Shown: positions 46,174 through 55,532 of the stretch, one piece after another | Layout of the letters: each line of letters starts with the position of its first letter | Position numbering within the stretch: position 1 is the first letter of the stretch | DNA from: an uncultured SAR86 cluster bacterium | Lineage (GTDB): Bacteria > Pseudomonadota > Gammaproteobacteria > Magnimaribacterales > TMED112 | Assembly: GCA_902579195.1 (NCBI GenBank) | Contig: CACHFV010000001.1 | Location: 109,213 to 173,212, forward strand | Reading direction: 5' to 3' | DNA: 64,000 nt | Notes under the pieces: generated by a model | Told to the model about the DNA's origin: nothing | Database searches by the model: none | Seen by the model: only the letters and a program-made list of their open reading frames with translations | Position numbers and translations under genes: made by a program

Positions 46174-47135
46174 ACAAAGAAATATTCCTTCATGCTAAAG
46201 ACTGGATAATAACAAATCAAAAAAGTGATGGAGCTATATGCTGGGATAAACACGAAAAATTTGACGCTTGGGATCATTCAGAATGTCTGATAGCTTTAAC
46301 AATTTTTGAAGAGTGGGATCATTTTGATAAAGGTCTCGAATATATATTTAACAATATTAATAGCGAAGGATTAATAATCTCTGAAACTATTAAAGATAAA
46401 GTTACTAAGGATTATTATGAGCCTCACCATGCCGCGTATATCTTCTTGCCTCTTGTACAAAAATATATGATTGATGGCAATGCTTCTTACATTCAAAAAT
46501 ATCAAAAAAAATTAAAACTTATCTTTGAAGGAATGATGAAGTTTAAAGACAAAGATGGCTTATTTTTTTGGGCTTTAGATAAAAAGGGCTTTGCTGATAA
46601 TTCACTAATTACTGCTTCATGTTCGCTTGAACTCTCTCGAAGAGCATACTCTTTCCTGTGCACTAATGTTTTGCAGGAAGACGATCAAGAAAACACAAAC
46701 TTTTTTAACTTAGAAACATTTCATTCTTCTAGATTTAACCGAGATGGAATCGATAGAGCAAGATTTTCAATGGACTCTTATTATCCATATTTAATTGATT
46801 GTGGAGATGTAGACAATATCGATCAAGTGCTGAGTAAGTTTTATGTAGAAGGTTTAGGGATTAAATGTGTGGAGGAGGAGCCATGGGTAACAATTGCTGA
46901 GTCTTCAGAATGTTGTATCGCTTTGCACAAAGCAGGCAAAACAACAGAAGCAAAGAAAATATTCAATGATGTTATGCAGCATATGAATAAAGATGGAATA
47001 TTTCCCACCGGATATCAGTATAAGCTTGATATCAATTGGCCTGATGAACATTCCACATGGACTAATGCCGCTGCAATTATTGCTGCAGACTGTCTTTATG
47101 ATTTAACAAAGAAAGATAAAGCACTCTTACTGTAG
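46170..47135 (+). CDS. Hypothetical protein with prenyltransferase/terpene-cyclase-like QW-type repeats (alpha/alpha toroid?)
   Basis: It has recurring aromatic/DG repeats: NQKSDGAICW, FKDKDGLFFW and MNKDGIFPTGY. The fold call is weak. It has an ATGA overlap with the methyltransferase gene. Confidence 0.45.
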   Translation: MNKEIFLHAKDWIITNQKSDGAICWDKHEKFDAWDHSECLIALTIFEEWDHFDKGLEYIFNNINSEGLIISETIKDKVTKDYYEPHHAAYIFLPLVQKYMIDGNASYIQKYQKKLKLIFEGMMKFKDKDGLFFWALDKKGFADNSLITASCSLELSRRAYSFLCTNVLQEDDQENTNFFNLETFHSSRFNRDGIDRARFSMDSYYPYLIDCGDVDNIDQVLSKFYVEGLGIKCVEEEPWVTIAESSECCIALHKAGKTTEAKKIFNDVMQHMNKDGIFPTGYQYKLDINWPDEHSTWTNAAAIIAADCLYDLTKKDKALLL

Positions 47136-47732
47136 CTTTTGCAAAATAACTAAGCTCTCAACGCGCTTAAGCAATTCATACCCTTCATCAAGTGCTTTGA
47201 GATAAATTTCCCGAGGTGCTTGTCCTCCTTCCATTTCTGTATCGTAGATATCATGTATGGCTAAAATACCACCTTCTCTAATTTTTGGTGACCAGCAGAC
47301 ATAGTCATTTCTAGTAGATTCAAATGTATGACTGCCATCAATAAAAACAAAATCAATATCACTCTGTATTAATTTTGAAGCATTTTCGGATGTATCAATT
47401 ATTGGTTCAATGTGAGCGGCTAGGTTAAATTTTGAGATATTTTCTAAAAAAAGAGGCAAAGTATTCACTCTTTTCTCATCAAAGTCATAAATATCCTCAT
47501 CAAAATATTCTTCTCCATATTGTTGTTCTTCAGAGCCCTGGTGATGGTCTACACTAAATAATTTTGAGTTATTTTTTTTGCAAGCATAACCAAGATAACA
47601 GGCTGATTTTCCACAATATGAACCTATTTCAACGGCAATTCCACCAATGCAAAATTTTTCACAGAATTCAAAAAGCGCAGATCCCTCGCCCTCTGATAAA
47701 AAACCCTTTATATCCTTAAATTTTTCAATCAT
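47127..47732 (-). CDS. Class I SAM-dependent methyltransferase (Methyltransf_24-like)
   Basis: VEIGSYCGKSACYL, FIDGSH and ILAIHD. The track ORF extends to 47804. I prefer the internal Met (MIEKF...), which reduces the overlap with lpxL from 80 nt to 8 nt. Confidence 0.7.
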   Translation of the reverse strand: MIEKFKDIKGFLSEGEGSALFEFCEKFCIGGIAVEIGSYCGKSACYLGYACKKNNSKLFSVDHHQGSEEQQYGEEYFDEDIYDFDEKRVNTLPLFLENISKFNLAAHIEPIIDTSENASKLIQSDIDFVFIDGSHTFESTRNDYVCWSPKIREGGILAIHDIYDTEMEGGQAPREIYLKALDEGYELLKRVESLVILQKLQ

Positions 47733-48585
47733 ATATTGCTGGATTTTGTGATTTGAATCTCCTATGGTGCCAAAAATATTGCTCAGGATTGGCAAGCACA
47801 TCATCTTCTATTTTTTTATTTATTTCATCAGCAAATGATTGAGGAGAATCTGCTAGGTGACCAATATCTTCTATAGAAAATTTATAACCGTTTCCATCTC
47901 GATAAAAATCAAGATAAAAGAGTTTGCAGTTGGTTAATTTTTGTAGTGTATAGGGAACAGTAGTTGTAAGACAATCTTTTCCAAAAAATGTTGAGATCAC
48001 TGATCTTTTATTTCTATAGTCTTGATCAGGCCCGTACAAAACTGTTCTGCCTTTTTTCAGCCACTCTACAGTTTCATTTACTTTTTTGTTGCTTGCCAAA
48101 CCCTTCATAGCCTTTAGTCGCCCCGATAAGATAACTTTTTGCATTACTTGGCTGTTGTTAGGTCTCTCCATGCCATAAATATCAAAATTTTCACTGATCA
48201 GCCTAGCAGACATTTCTAAGAAAACATTATGTCTAAACAACATCAAAACACCTTCGCCCCTACTTTGTGCTTCTCTCAGAAGCGCTTCATTTTTAATCTC
48301 ACATTTGATGTTGTTTATTCTTTGCCCTGCGTTCCATGCAAGATTATTGTCATATAGCCCAAGCAGTGTCTCATCCCATGTCCTATTTATTAATGCTTGA
48401 CGCCATTCCTCAGGTTTATCATCGAAACAATAGTTAATATTTGCTTCAATAATTTTCCGTCTTTTCTTAAGAGGTGCGCTCAATGTATTCCAAACCTTAG
48501 AATTGCTCACAAAGAAAAATGATCTGGGCAATAGGCTCAAAAGCTTAGTAAAAGATATAATCAGTACAACAATGATATTATTCAT
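47725..48585 (-). CDS. lpxL: Lipid A biosynthesis (Kdo)2-lipid IVA acyltransferase (LpxL/HtrB family)
   Basis: N-terminal anchor, HX4E catalytic motif in LMLFRHNVFLEM, and the PDQD motif. Confidence 0.8.
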   Translation of the reverse strand: MNNIIVVLIISFTKLLSLLPRSFFFVSNSKVWNTLSAPLKKRRKIIEANINYCFDDKPEEWRQALINRTWDETLLGLYDNNLAWNAGQRINNIKCEIKNEALLREAQSRGEGVLMLFRHNVFLEMSARLISENFDIYGMERPNNSQVMQKVILSGRLKAMKGLASNKKVNETVEWLKKGRTVLYGPDQDYRNKRSVISTFFGKDCLTTTVPYTLQKLTNCKLFYLDFYRDGNGYKFSIEDIGHLADSPQSFADEINKKIEDDVLANPEQYFWHHRRFKSQNPAIYD

Positions 48586-48588
48586 CTA

Positions 48589-49806
48589 ATGCTTATTGTA
48601 TATAACTTAATTTATTTTTTATTTTTACCGCTACTAATCCTTAGGGATTTTTTTATCCTGAAAAGCCCAAAGATCAAAACAATTCTTATGAAATTAGGTT
48701 TCTATCTGGGCAGGTCAAACGAAAAAACAATTTGGTTGCATGGGGTAAGTCTTGGCGAAATAAAAATTTTAACGCCCTTAGCCAAAAGACTCTCACAGCA
48801 AGGGGAACAAGTAGTAGTCAGTTCAACCACAAACACTGGAAGGGACGAACTTGAGAAAGTTTTCAAAAATTCACAAATAAAAACCATTGTCTTTCCTTAC
48901 GATGTACCAATGATTTACAAGAAACTATGCGATCGTCTTAATATAGACAAGGTTATCTTGTTCGAAAGTGAATTTTGGCCAAATTTAGTATTTTCAATAC
49001 CTGAATCCACTAAACTCATCTCTCTTAATACATCTATTTCAGATAAATCATTCCAGCGTATGTCAGTGTTCAAGGCTTTCTCGGAGCAAGTATTCAAAAA
49101 ATTCAATAGATTTTTAGTTCAATCAGTAAGAGAAAAGGAAAGATTGGCTGCTTTTGGTGTTTCTAATATCGACATAATTGGAAACATAAAAGTGAATTCT
49201 GAAAATTACGTTACTAGAGAGGAGGTTAAAGAAAAAATAATAGCTAAACTAAATAGTAATAAATATACAGTCGTTTTAGGTAGCTCACATGATGGGGAAG
49301 AAGACTATGTAATCAATGCATTGCATGACCTTGACCTTGTGCTTGTAATTGCACCTCGACACCCTGAAAGAATTAATGGAGTAAAGAAATTATTGAAGGA
49401 CAAGGACATAGATTTTTCATTATTTTCAGAAGTAGAACATGGCCTTAAAGAGAAACTTATTATTTATGACGAAATAGGAAGCTTGTTCGAGCTTTATGCA
49501 GCTGCAGATTTGGCTGTAGTAGCAGGAAGCATAGTTTTTGATAAAGGTCATAACTTTATTGAACCAATTTATGCTGGAACACCATCCATTACTGGAATTA
49601 AGTTAAAAAATTATTCTGAGCTCAAGAAGCTTCTGTGTGACAAAGGGACAATAAAAACATTCAGCTCCCAAGCCCAACTTAGAGATTTAGTAAACACATA
49701 TGAAAACTCATTAGCCAGGCAAGAATATTTTCAAAACCAACACGCAGCATTAACTGATCTTTCCGGTTCTTACGATCAAGTTGTAGATATTTTAAATGAG
49801 TCATAA
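48589..49806 (+). CDS. waaA: 3-deoxy-D-manno-octulosonic acid transferase
   Basis: IWLHGVSLGEIK about 50 aa from the N-terminus, PRHPER, and a GT30 layout. Confidence 0.9.
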   Translation: MLIVYNLIYFLFLPLLILRDFFILKSPKIKTILMKLGFYLGRSNEKTIWLHGVSLGEIKILTPLAKRLSQQGEQVVVSSTTNTGRDELEKVFKNSQIKTIVFPYDVPMIYKKLCDRLNIDKVILFESEFWPNLVFSIPESTKLISLNTSISDKSFQRMSVFKAFSEQVFKKFNRFLVQSVREKERLAAFGVSNIDIIGNIKVNSENYVTREEVKEKIIAKLNSNKYTVVLGSSHDGEEDYVINALHDLDLVLVIAPRHPERINGVKKLLKDKDIDFSLFSEVEHGLKEKLIIYDEIGSLFELYAAADLAVVAGSIVFDKGHNFIEPIYAGTPSITGIKLKNYSELKKLLCDKGTIKTFSSQAQLRDLVNTYENSLARQEYFQNQHAALTDLSGSYDQVVDILNES

Positions 49807-50743
49807 ATATAACTTTCCAGCAATTTTCTTAATTGGACCAACTGCATCAGGGAAAACCAGTATTTCTTTGGAATTAGCAAAGCAGTTTCCTATTGAAGTG
49901 GTAAGTATTGATTCGGCTATGGTTTATAAAGATATGAATATTGGAACCTGCAAACCAAGCAAAGAAGATCTTAATGCAGTGCCTCACCATTTAATTGACA
50001 TAATTGAACCAAGTGAAACCTTTGATATTGGTGTTTTTATGCAATATGTTAACGAGGCTTTAATTAGAATCATTGAGAGAAATCAAATACCTATGCTGGT
50101 TGGTGGTTCTATGCTTTATCACTCTGTCTTGTTAAACGGTATTCATAATTTTCCGAGCGACAAATCAGTTCAAAAAGAAATTAAAGAAAAGAAAACTATA
50201 AAAGGCAAAGCTAGTCTTATTGAGGAACTAAAGCAAATAGATTTTGAGACATATAACAATATAGATCACAACAATAGTAGACGAGTTGAGCGAGCTCTTG
50301 AAATCATAAGAATTACTGGAAATAAATTATCCGATTTAAAAAATGAACCAAAACAGCTATTTTTTGATCAAAATAAATGCTTATTGCTTGGTATTGATGG
50401 CGATAAAAAGTCTTTAGACAGTAATGTTGAACAGAGATTAAGTAAAATTGTGCAACATGGATTCATTAAAGAACTTGATTATGTGAAAAACAAATATAAA
50501 TTAACATCAGATAGTCAGAGCATGAATGCTATAAATTACAAACAATTTTATGCTTGCCTCAATAACGAAATTACAATTGAGCAGGCCACAAATGATGCTT
50601 TAAGCTCGACTAGACAATTAGTTAAAACTCAAAAAACTTGGATGAAGAAGTTTTCATTAAACAGCTGTTTAAATACAGTGAATATCAAGGATGCAGAGGT
50701 TTTTTCTGGTACAATAAGCAAATACTTAAGGAGTAATATATGA
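49796..50743 (+). CDS. miaA: tRNA dimethylallyltransferase
   Basis: P-loop LIGPTASGKTS, SIDSAMVYKDMNIGTCKP and PHHLID. Confidence 0.9.
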   Translation: MSHKYNFPAIFLIGPTASGKTSISLELAKQFPIEVVSIDSAMVYKDMNIGTCKPSKEDLNAVPHHLIDIIEPSETFDIGVFMQYVNEALIRIIERNQIPMLVGGSMLYHSVLLNGIHNFPSDKSVQKEIKEKKTIKGKASLIEELKQIDFETYNNIDHNNSRRVERALEIIRITGNKLSDLKNEPKQLFFDQNKCLLLGIDGDKKSLDSNVEQRLSKIVQHGFIKELDYVKNKYKLTSDSQSMNAINYKQFYACLNNEITIEQATNDALSSTRQLVKTQKTWMKKFSLNSCLNTVNIKDAEVFSGTISKYLRSNI

Positions 50744-51762
50744 GTTGGAATCCTAACGATAACGATCCATGGGGTAGAAAAAATAGCCCTCCAGATCTTG
50801 ATGATGCGATTAAACAGTTAAGAAAAATGTTTGCATCAGGCGGAAGTGGCGGCGACAGTGGCGGCACCAGTTTCAAATTTGATTTTAAATTTTTCTCTTA
50901 TCTAATCATGGGGTTAATAACCTTATATGTGTTTCTCGGTATAAGAATTGTTAATGAAGCAGATAGGCTAGTAGTTTTAACTTTTGGAAACTACAACAGA
51001 GTTTTAGGTCCTGGATTGCAGTTTCATTTCCCAATCATAGAAGAGATATACGCAGCAGAAAACGTATCAAGAATCAGAACTTTTGTTCTACCGACTAATA
51101 TGCTCACAAAAGATGAGAATATTGTTGATGTTGAGCTAAACGTTCAGTACACAATTAGTGACTTGAAGAAATATGCACTTAACGTCGAAGATCCTGAAAT
51201 AACAATAAGACAAGCAACTGAAAGTGCACTAAGACACGTTGTAGGTGAAAACGTTATGGATGATCTTTTAACATCTGGAGCTGCAGCTATAAGTTCAGGT
51301 ATTTTGCTTAGACTCGAAGAATATTTAGATATATACGATGCGGGTATTGTTGTACAGCAAGTAAATATTGAGCAAAGACAACCACCTGCTGAAGTTATTG
51401 ATTCATTTAGAGATGTTGTGGCAGCACGAGAAGATAAAGAGAGACTAAGAAATGAGGCAGAAAAATATGCTCTTTCAATTGTTCCTCAAGCCAGAGGTGA
51501 GGCTCAAAGACAACTACAAGATGCGGAAGCATACAAAGAGAAAGTTATTGCAGTTGCGGAAGGTGAGGCTGATAGATTCACTGCTTTGTTAACTGAGTAT
51601 CAAAAAGCACCTGAGGTTACCAGAGAAAGACTCTATATCGATACATTAGAACAGGTTATGTCTTCAAGCACTAAAGTGATGATAGATGTAGAGGGAGGTA
51701 ACAACCTTCTATATTTACCACTTGACCAATTAATGAAGAAAGAGGAGGAAGACGATGAATAG
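50740..51762 (+). CDS. hflK: Protease modulator HflK
   Basis: N-terminal MSWNPNDNDPWG...PPDLDD, a Gly-rich spacer, a TM segment and an SPFH/band-7 domain. Confidence 0.9.
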   Translation: MSWNPNDNDPWGRKNSPPDLDDAIKQLRKMFASGGSGGDSGGTSFKFDFKFFSYLIMGLITLYVFLGIRIVNEADRLVVLTFGNYNRVLGPGLQFHFPIIEEIYAAENVSRIRTFVLPTNMLTKDENIVDVELNVQYTISDLKKYALNVEDPEITIRQATESALRHVVGENVMDDLLTSGAAAISSGILLRLEEYLDIYDAGIVVQQVNIEQRQPPAEVIDSFRDVVAAREDKERLRNEAEKYALSIVPQARGEAQRQLQDAEAYKEKVIAVAEGEADRFTALLTEYQKAPEVTRERLYIDTLEQVMSSSTKVMIDVEGGNNLLYLPLDQLMKKEEEDDE

Positions 51763-52621
51763 AAGCACTTTAACAACACTGTTAGTACTGTTATTAATTA
51801 CCGCGATTGCTCAATCTGTAGTAATTGTTCGTGACACTGAAAAAGCAATTCTTTTAAAGCTTGGTGCTTTTGAGAGAACTCTTGATCCAGGTTTAAATTT
51901 CAAAGTTCCATTTATTGATAATGTTATTAAATTTGAAGGAAGACTTAGATCTTTGGACACACCACCTGATCGAGTTTTATCAAATGAATCAAAGCCACTT
52001 AATGTTGACGCTTTCGTAAAATATATGATTGTTGATGCTGAGACATACTACACAGCAACTAATGGCGGTCAAACTCGAGTAGCAGAAGATACATTGCAAC
52101 GAAGGGTTAAAGATAAAATCAGAAATGAATTTGGTAAGCGTACCTTGCAAGAAGTTGTCTCTGGTGACAGAGATGGTCTAATGGAAGCTCTTAAGGATTC
52201 ATTAGGGGAAGATGCTGGTGAGCTTGGCGTTCAAATTGTTGACTTTAGAGTTAAGCGAATCGATTTTGAAAGAGAGCTAAGGACATCAGTTTTCGAAAGG
52301 ATGAAAACTGAAAGAAACAGAATTGCGGAGGAGCTTAGAGCGGAGGGCCGAGAATCAGCTGAAAAGATTAGAGCTGATGCTGATAAGCAAAGAACTATTA
52401 TTCTTGCTAATGCTACAAGAGAATCTGAAAGAATCCGTGGTGATGGAGATGCTACAGCAACAGCTACTTATGCTGAGGCCTTTAATGCAGATCCAGAGTT
52501 TTATGATTTTACACGTAGCTTGAAAGCTTACAGAGAAACATTTAAAAATAGAGGAGATATTCTCCTTATTGATCCTGATAGCGATTACTTTAAATATCTG
52601 AATAAGTCAGAACAAGACTGA
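51755..52621 (+). CDS. hflC: Protease modulator HflC
   Basis: N-terminal TM segment, an SPFH domain and a charged coiled-coil tail. It overlaps hflK by 8 nt. Confidence 0.9.
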   Translation: MNRSTLTTLLVLLLITAIAQSVVIVRDTEKAILLKLGAFERTLDPGLNFKVPFIDNVIKFEGRLRSLDTPPDRVLSNESKPLNVDAFVKYMIVDAETYYTATNGGQTRVAEDTLQRRVKDKIRNEFGKRTLQEVVSGDRDGLMEALKDSLGEDAGELGVQIVDFRVKRIDFERELRTSVFERMKTERNRIAEELRAEGRESAEKIRADADKQRTIILANATRESERIRGDGDATATATYAEAFNADPEFYDFTRSLKAYRETFKNRGDILLIDPDSDYFKYLNKSEQD

Positions 52622-53883
52622 TGAAAAAATCTCTTATCCTTGTCGGCACCCAATGGGGGGACGAAGGCAAGGGTAAGATTGTCGACTATTTCTCACAAAA
52701 ATTTGACGCTGTGTGCCGTTTTCAGGGAGGTCATAATGCAGGTCATACAATTTATAAAGAGGATGAAAAGTTTGTTTTGCACTTAATACCTTCTGGAGTT
52801 TTTTATGATCATGCCTCTTGCTACATTGGTCAAGGCGTTATCTTATCTCTCGAATCATTGCTTGATGAAATAGAACAGCTTGAATCACGTGGAATCTCGC
52901 TTGAAGGTAAATTAAGAATAAGTAGATATTGCAGTCTCTTGCTACCAATACATGCCAAGATTGATCAACTTCGTGAAGACAATAAGAATGCAATAGGCAC
53001 AACCCGTCGAGGTATTGGGCCAGCCTATGAAGATAAAACAGCTAGGAGAAGCATTAAAGCTTTTGATTTAGAAGATAACGATTTGCTTGAGGACAAGCTT
53101 AGAAGTTTGGTGGATTACTATAATTTTCAAATCAAAAATATTCATAATGCAGAACCTTATGATTTTGAAACTGTTCTAAAAGATCTGAAAGATGTATATC
53201 AAAAAACAGCAAAATACTTTGGAGATGTGACTGAAAGTCTAGAAGATATCTATGAAAATAGAGGCAATATTCTCTACGAGGGAGCGCAAGGAACAATGTT
53301 AGATGTTGACTACGGCACCTATCCCTATGTCACATCTTCTAATACTCTTGCTACATCTGTAGGCATAGGTTCTGGCTTTCCAAAAAGTATTTATTCTGAT
53401 GTTTTGGGTGTTGCCAAAGCTTATACAACTAGGGTCGGTGCTGGACCTTTTCCAACTGAGTTGTTTTGTGCTGATGGCGAGAAAATAGCTAAGTTAGGAC
53501 ATGAATTTGGAGCAACTACAGGCAGACCAAGACGCTGTGGATGGCTTGACCTGGTGGCACTTAAATATTCTGCAAAATTGAATAACCTTACAAGTTTGTG
53601 CATCACAAAGCTGGATGTCTTAGACGAATTTGAATCAATTAAAGTTTGCATTGGGTATAAAGTAGATGATGAGGAAATTCCGTTTAAATCCAGATTATTG
53701 CATAAAGCAGAACCAATCTATAAAGAGTTTGCAGGCTGGAAGAAATCATTAAATGATTGTACAAATTACGACAGTTTGCCTGGAGCAACACTATCCTTTT
53801 TATCATTTATTGAAGAGTTTGTTGGGGTGAATATCAGCTTAGTATCAAATGGCCCCAACAGAGATGATTTAATCCATCGATAG
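52621..53883 (+). CDS. purA: Adenylosuccinate synthetase
   Basis: GTQWGDEGKGKIVD, GGHNAGHT, GTTRRGIGPAYEDK and TTGRPRRCGW. Confidence 0.95.
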   Translation: MKKSLILVGTQWGDEGKGKIVDYFSQKFDAVCRFQGGHNAGHTIYKEDEKFVLHLIPSGVFYDHASCYIGQGVILSLESLLDEIEQLESRGISLEGKLRISRYCSLLLPIHAKIDQLREDNKNAIGTTRRGIGPAYEDKTARRSIKAFDLEDNDLLEDKLRSLVDYYNFQIKNIHNAEPYDFETVLKDLKDVYQKTAKYFGDVTESLEDIYENRGNILYEGAQGTMLDVDYGTYPYVTSSNTLATSVGIGSGFPKSIYSDVLGVAKAYTTRVGAGPFPTELFCADGEKIAKLGHEFGATTGRPRRCGWLDLVALKYSAKLNNLTSLCITKLDVLDEFESIKVCIGYKVDDEEIPFKSRLLHKAEPIYKEFAGWKKSLNDCTNYDSLPGATLSFLSFIEEFVGVNISLVSNGPNRDDLIHR

Positions 53884-54642
53884 CTCTTTTGCCCTGTTAA
53901 CCGCAGCATCAACTGCCTCTGAAAAAACTTTTGTAAAATCTTTTGAATATAAGTGATTGAGCCCTGCCTCTGTTGTGCCGCCTTTTGACTTAATGCTATC
54001 AATGATATCTTCAAGATTTTCACCATTTTTAATACTGGCAATAAGACTTGATAGGAAAGTTACAGTGATGTCTCTTTTTGTTTCTCCATCAGGCAAGAGC
54101 TCATCCAATCTTTTTTCAAACTCATTAATAATTTCTAGAAAAAATGCTGGGCCGCTACCAATTAGTGATGTATGAAGATCAATTTTATCCTCATCTTCAA
54201 CAGTAAACGCCTCACCAAGATGCTTAAAAAGCTCAACAATATCTGAAGATTCTTCCCGAGAGAATATGCTTGTGATCCCAAGATTATCTTTGCTGCCGAT
54301 ATTTGGCATGGCTCGAAAGATTTTGGCATCACCTAAACAGTCCTTAATCTGACGATATTTAATACCTGCTGCGACACTAACAACCTTTTTATTTAAGCTT
54401 ATGTGTTGCTTCATGTCATCGCACAGTGAAATTACATCCTTTGGTTTTACGCAGATAATGACTACATCAGAATTGATTATTGCATCCTCTAAACTTAATG
54501 CTTGGTGCCCATTTGCTTGAAGCCAGTTTTGGTTTGTTTCATTTCTATCATGCCCATGGATTTTATACTTTTTAAAATTTGATAAGCCATTTATGAGGGC
54601 TTTTGCTAAATGACCGCACCCTATGAAACCAATTTTTTCCAT
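53869..54642 (-). CDS. proC: Pyrroline-5-carboxylate reductase
   Basis: IGFIGCGHLAKAL, RAMPN, and the C-terminal SKGGTTEAG. Confidence 0.9.
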   Translation of the reverse strand: MEKIGFIGCGHLAKALINGLSNFKKYKIHGHDRNETNQNWLQANGHQALSLEDAIINSDVVIICVKPKDVISLCDDMKQHISLNKKVVSVAAGIKYRQIKDCLGDAKIFRAMPNIGSKDNLGITSIFSREESSDIVELFKHLGEAFTVEDEDKIDLHTSLIGSGPAFFLEIINEFEKRLDELLPDGETKRDITVTFLSSLIASIKNGENLEDIIDSIKSKGGTTEAGLNHLYSKDFTKVFSEAVDAAVNRAKELSMD

Positions 54643-54652
54643 ACTAAAAAGA

Positions 54653-55075
54653 CTATTCTGAATTCAAAATTTGCTCAAGACTTGCATTTACAAATTTATA
54701 GGAGTTATCAGAACCAAATTTTTTACTAAGCCGAACAGATTCATCAAGTAATATTTCATTTGGCGTGTGTTCAGTAGCGCTTTCTGAAATTGCCATGATA
54801 AGAATGTTCTTCTCCATTCGCTCAATGGACTCTACGCCAAATAAACTAAGATCTGACTTTTCCATCAAGAGTTTTTCATACACTTGAAAATTTTTTGTAG
54901 CATGCTGAAAAACATTGCGAAAAAAAATGTAATCAACCTTTGTTTTTGTGAAATTTTTTCTGAATGATTCTTCTATTTCCTCGGCACTATTATGTCCAAA
55001 AGAAAATTCATACATAGCTTGCACTACAAGATTTCGTGCATTCACCTTATCTTTATGTTTTGCAAGGTTTTTCAT
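54653..55075 (-). CDS. nusB: Transcription antitermination factor NusB
   Basis: 140 aa. ARNLVVQAMYE at the N-terminus and the position after ribH fit NusB. Confidence 0.85.
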   Translation of the reverse strand: MKNLAKHKDKVNARNLVVQAMYEFSFGHNSAEEIEESFRKNFTKTKVDYIFFRNVFQHATKNFQVYEKLLMEKSDLSLFGVESIERMEKNILIMAISESATEHTPNEILLDESVRLSKKFGSDNSYKFVNASLEQILNSE

Positions 55076-55076
55076 A

Positions 55077-55532
55077 TTAAGAACAGATCATATGAAACAA
55101 AGATAAAGCAAACTCTTTGCCTTTATTTAGCTTTTTCTGACTGATTCTATCTTGTGCCTGAACTTTGTTATCAACAGTTAAGATCCCATTAATCATAGGA
55201 GTTTCATAATTTGATGTAGCTATATTTGCCAGACTCGCATATGTTTGGTTTGATACGAGTTTAAAATGAGGAGTATCGCCTTTTATTACGAGCCCTAGCG
55301 CCAAGACTCCATCAAATTTATCAGTCATTTTGCGTAGAATGGTAGCAGGTATTTCCAGTGATCCAGGACAGAATACTACTTCACAACTTACCTTAAATAT
55401 TTCGCATTCTTTTTGAATTGCGTCTACTGCTGGTGACAAAAAATCTTTGTTCCATGCAGTGGTAACAAGGAGGATCTTCTTGCCAGTTAGTTTCTTACCA
55501 TCCAAATGAAATTCCGGTGAATTATTCATCAA
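55077..55532 (-). CDS. ribH: 6,7-dimethyl-8-ribityllumazine synthase
   Basis: VPGSLEIP-like CPGSLEIPA, plus the GVLALGLVIKGDTPHF and NGILT motifs. Confidence 0.9.
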   Translation of the reverse strand: MMNNSPEFHLDGKKLTGKKILLVTTAWNKDFLSPAVDAIQKECEIFKVSCEVVFCPGSLEIPATILRKMTDKFDGVLALGLVIKGDTPHFKLVSNQTYASLANIATSNYETPMINGILTVDNKVQAQDRISQKKLNKGKEFALSLFHMICS

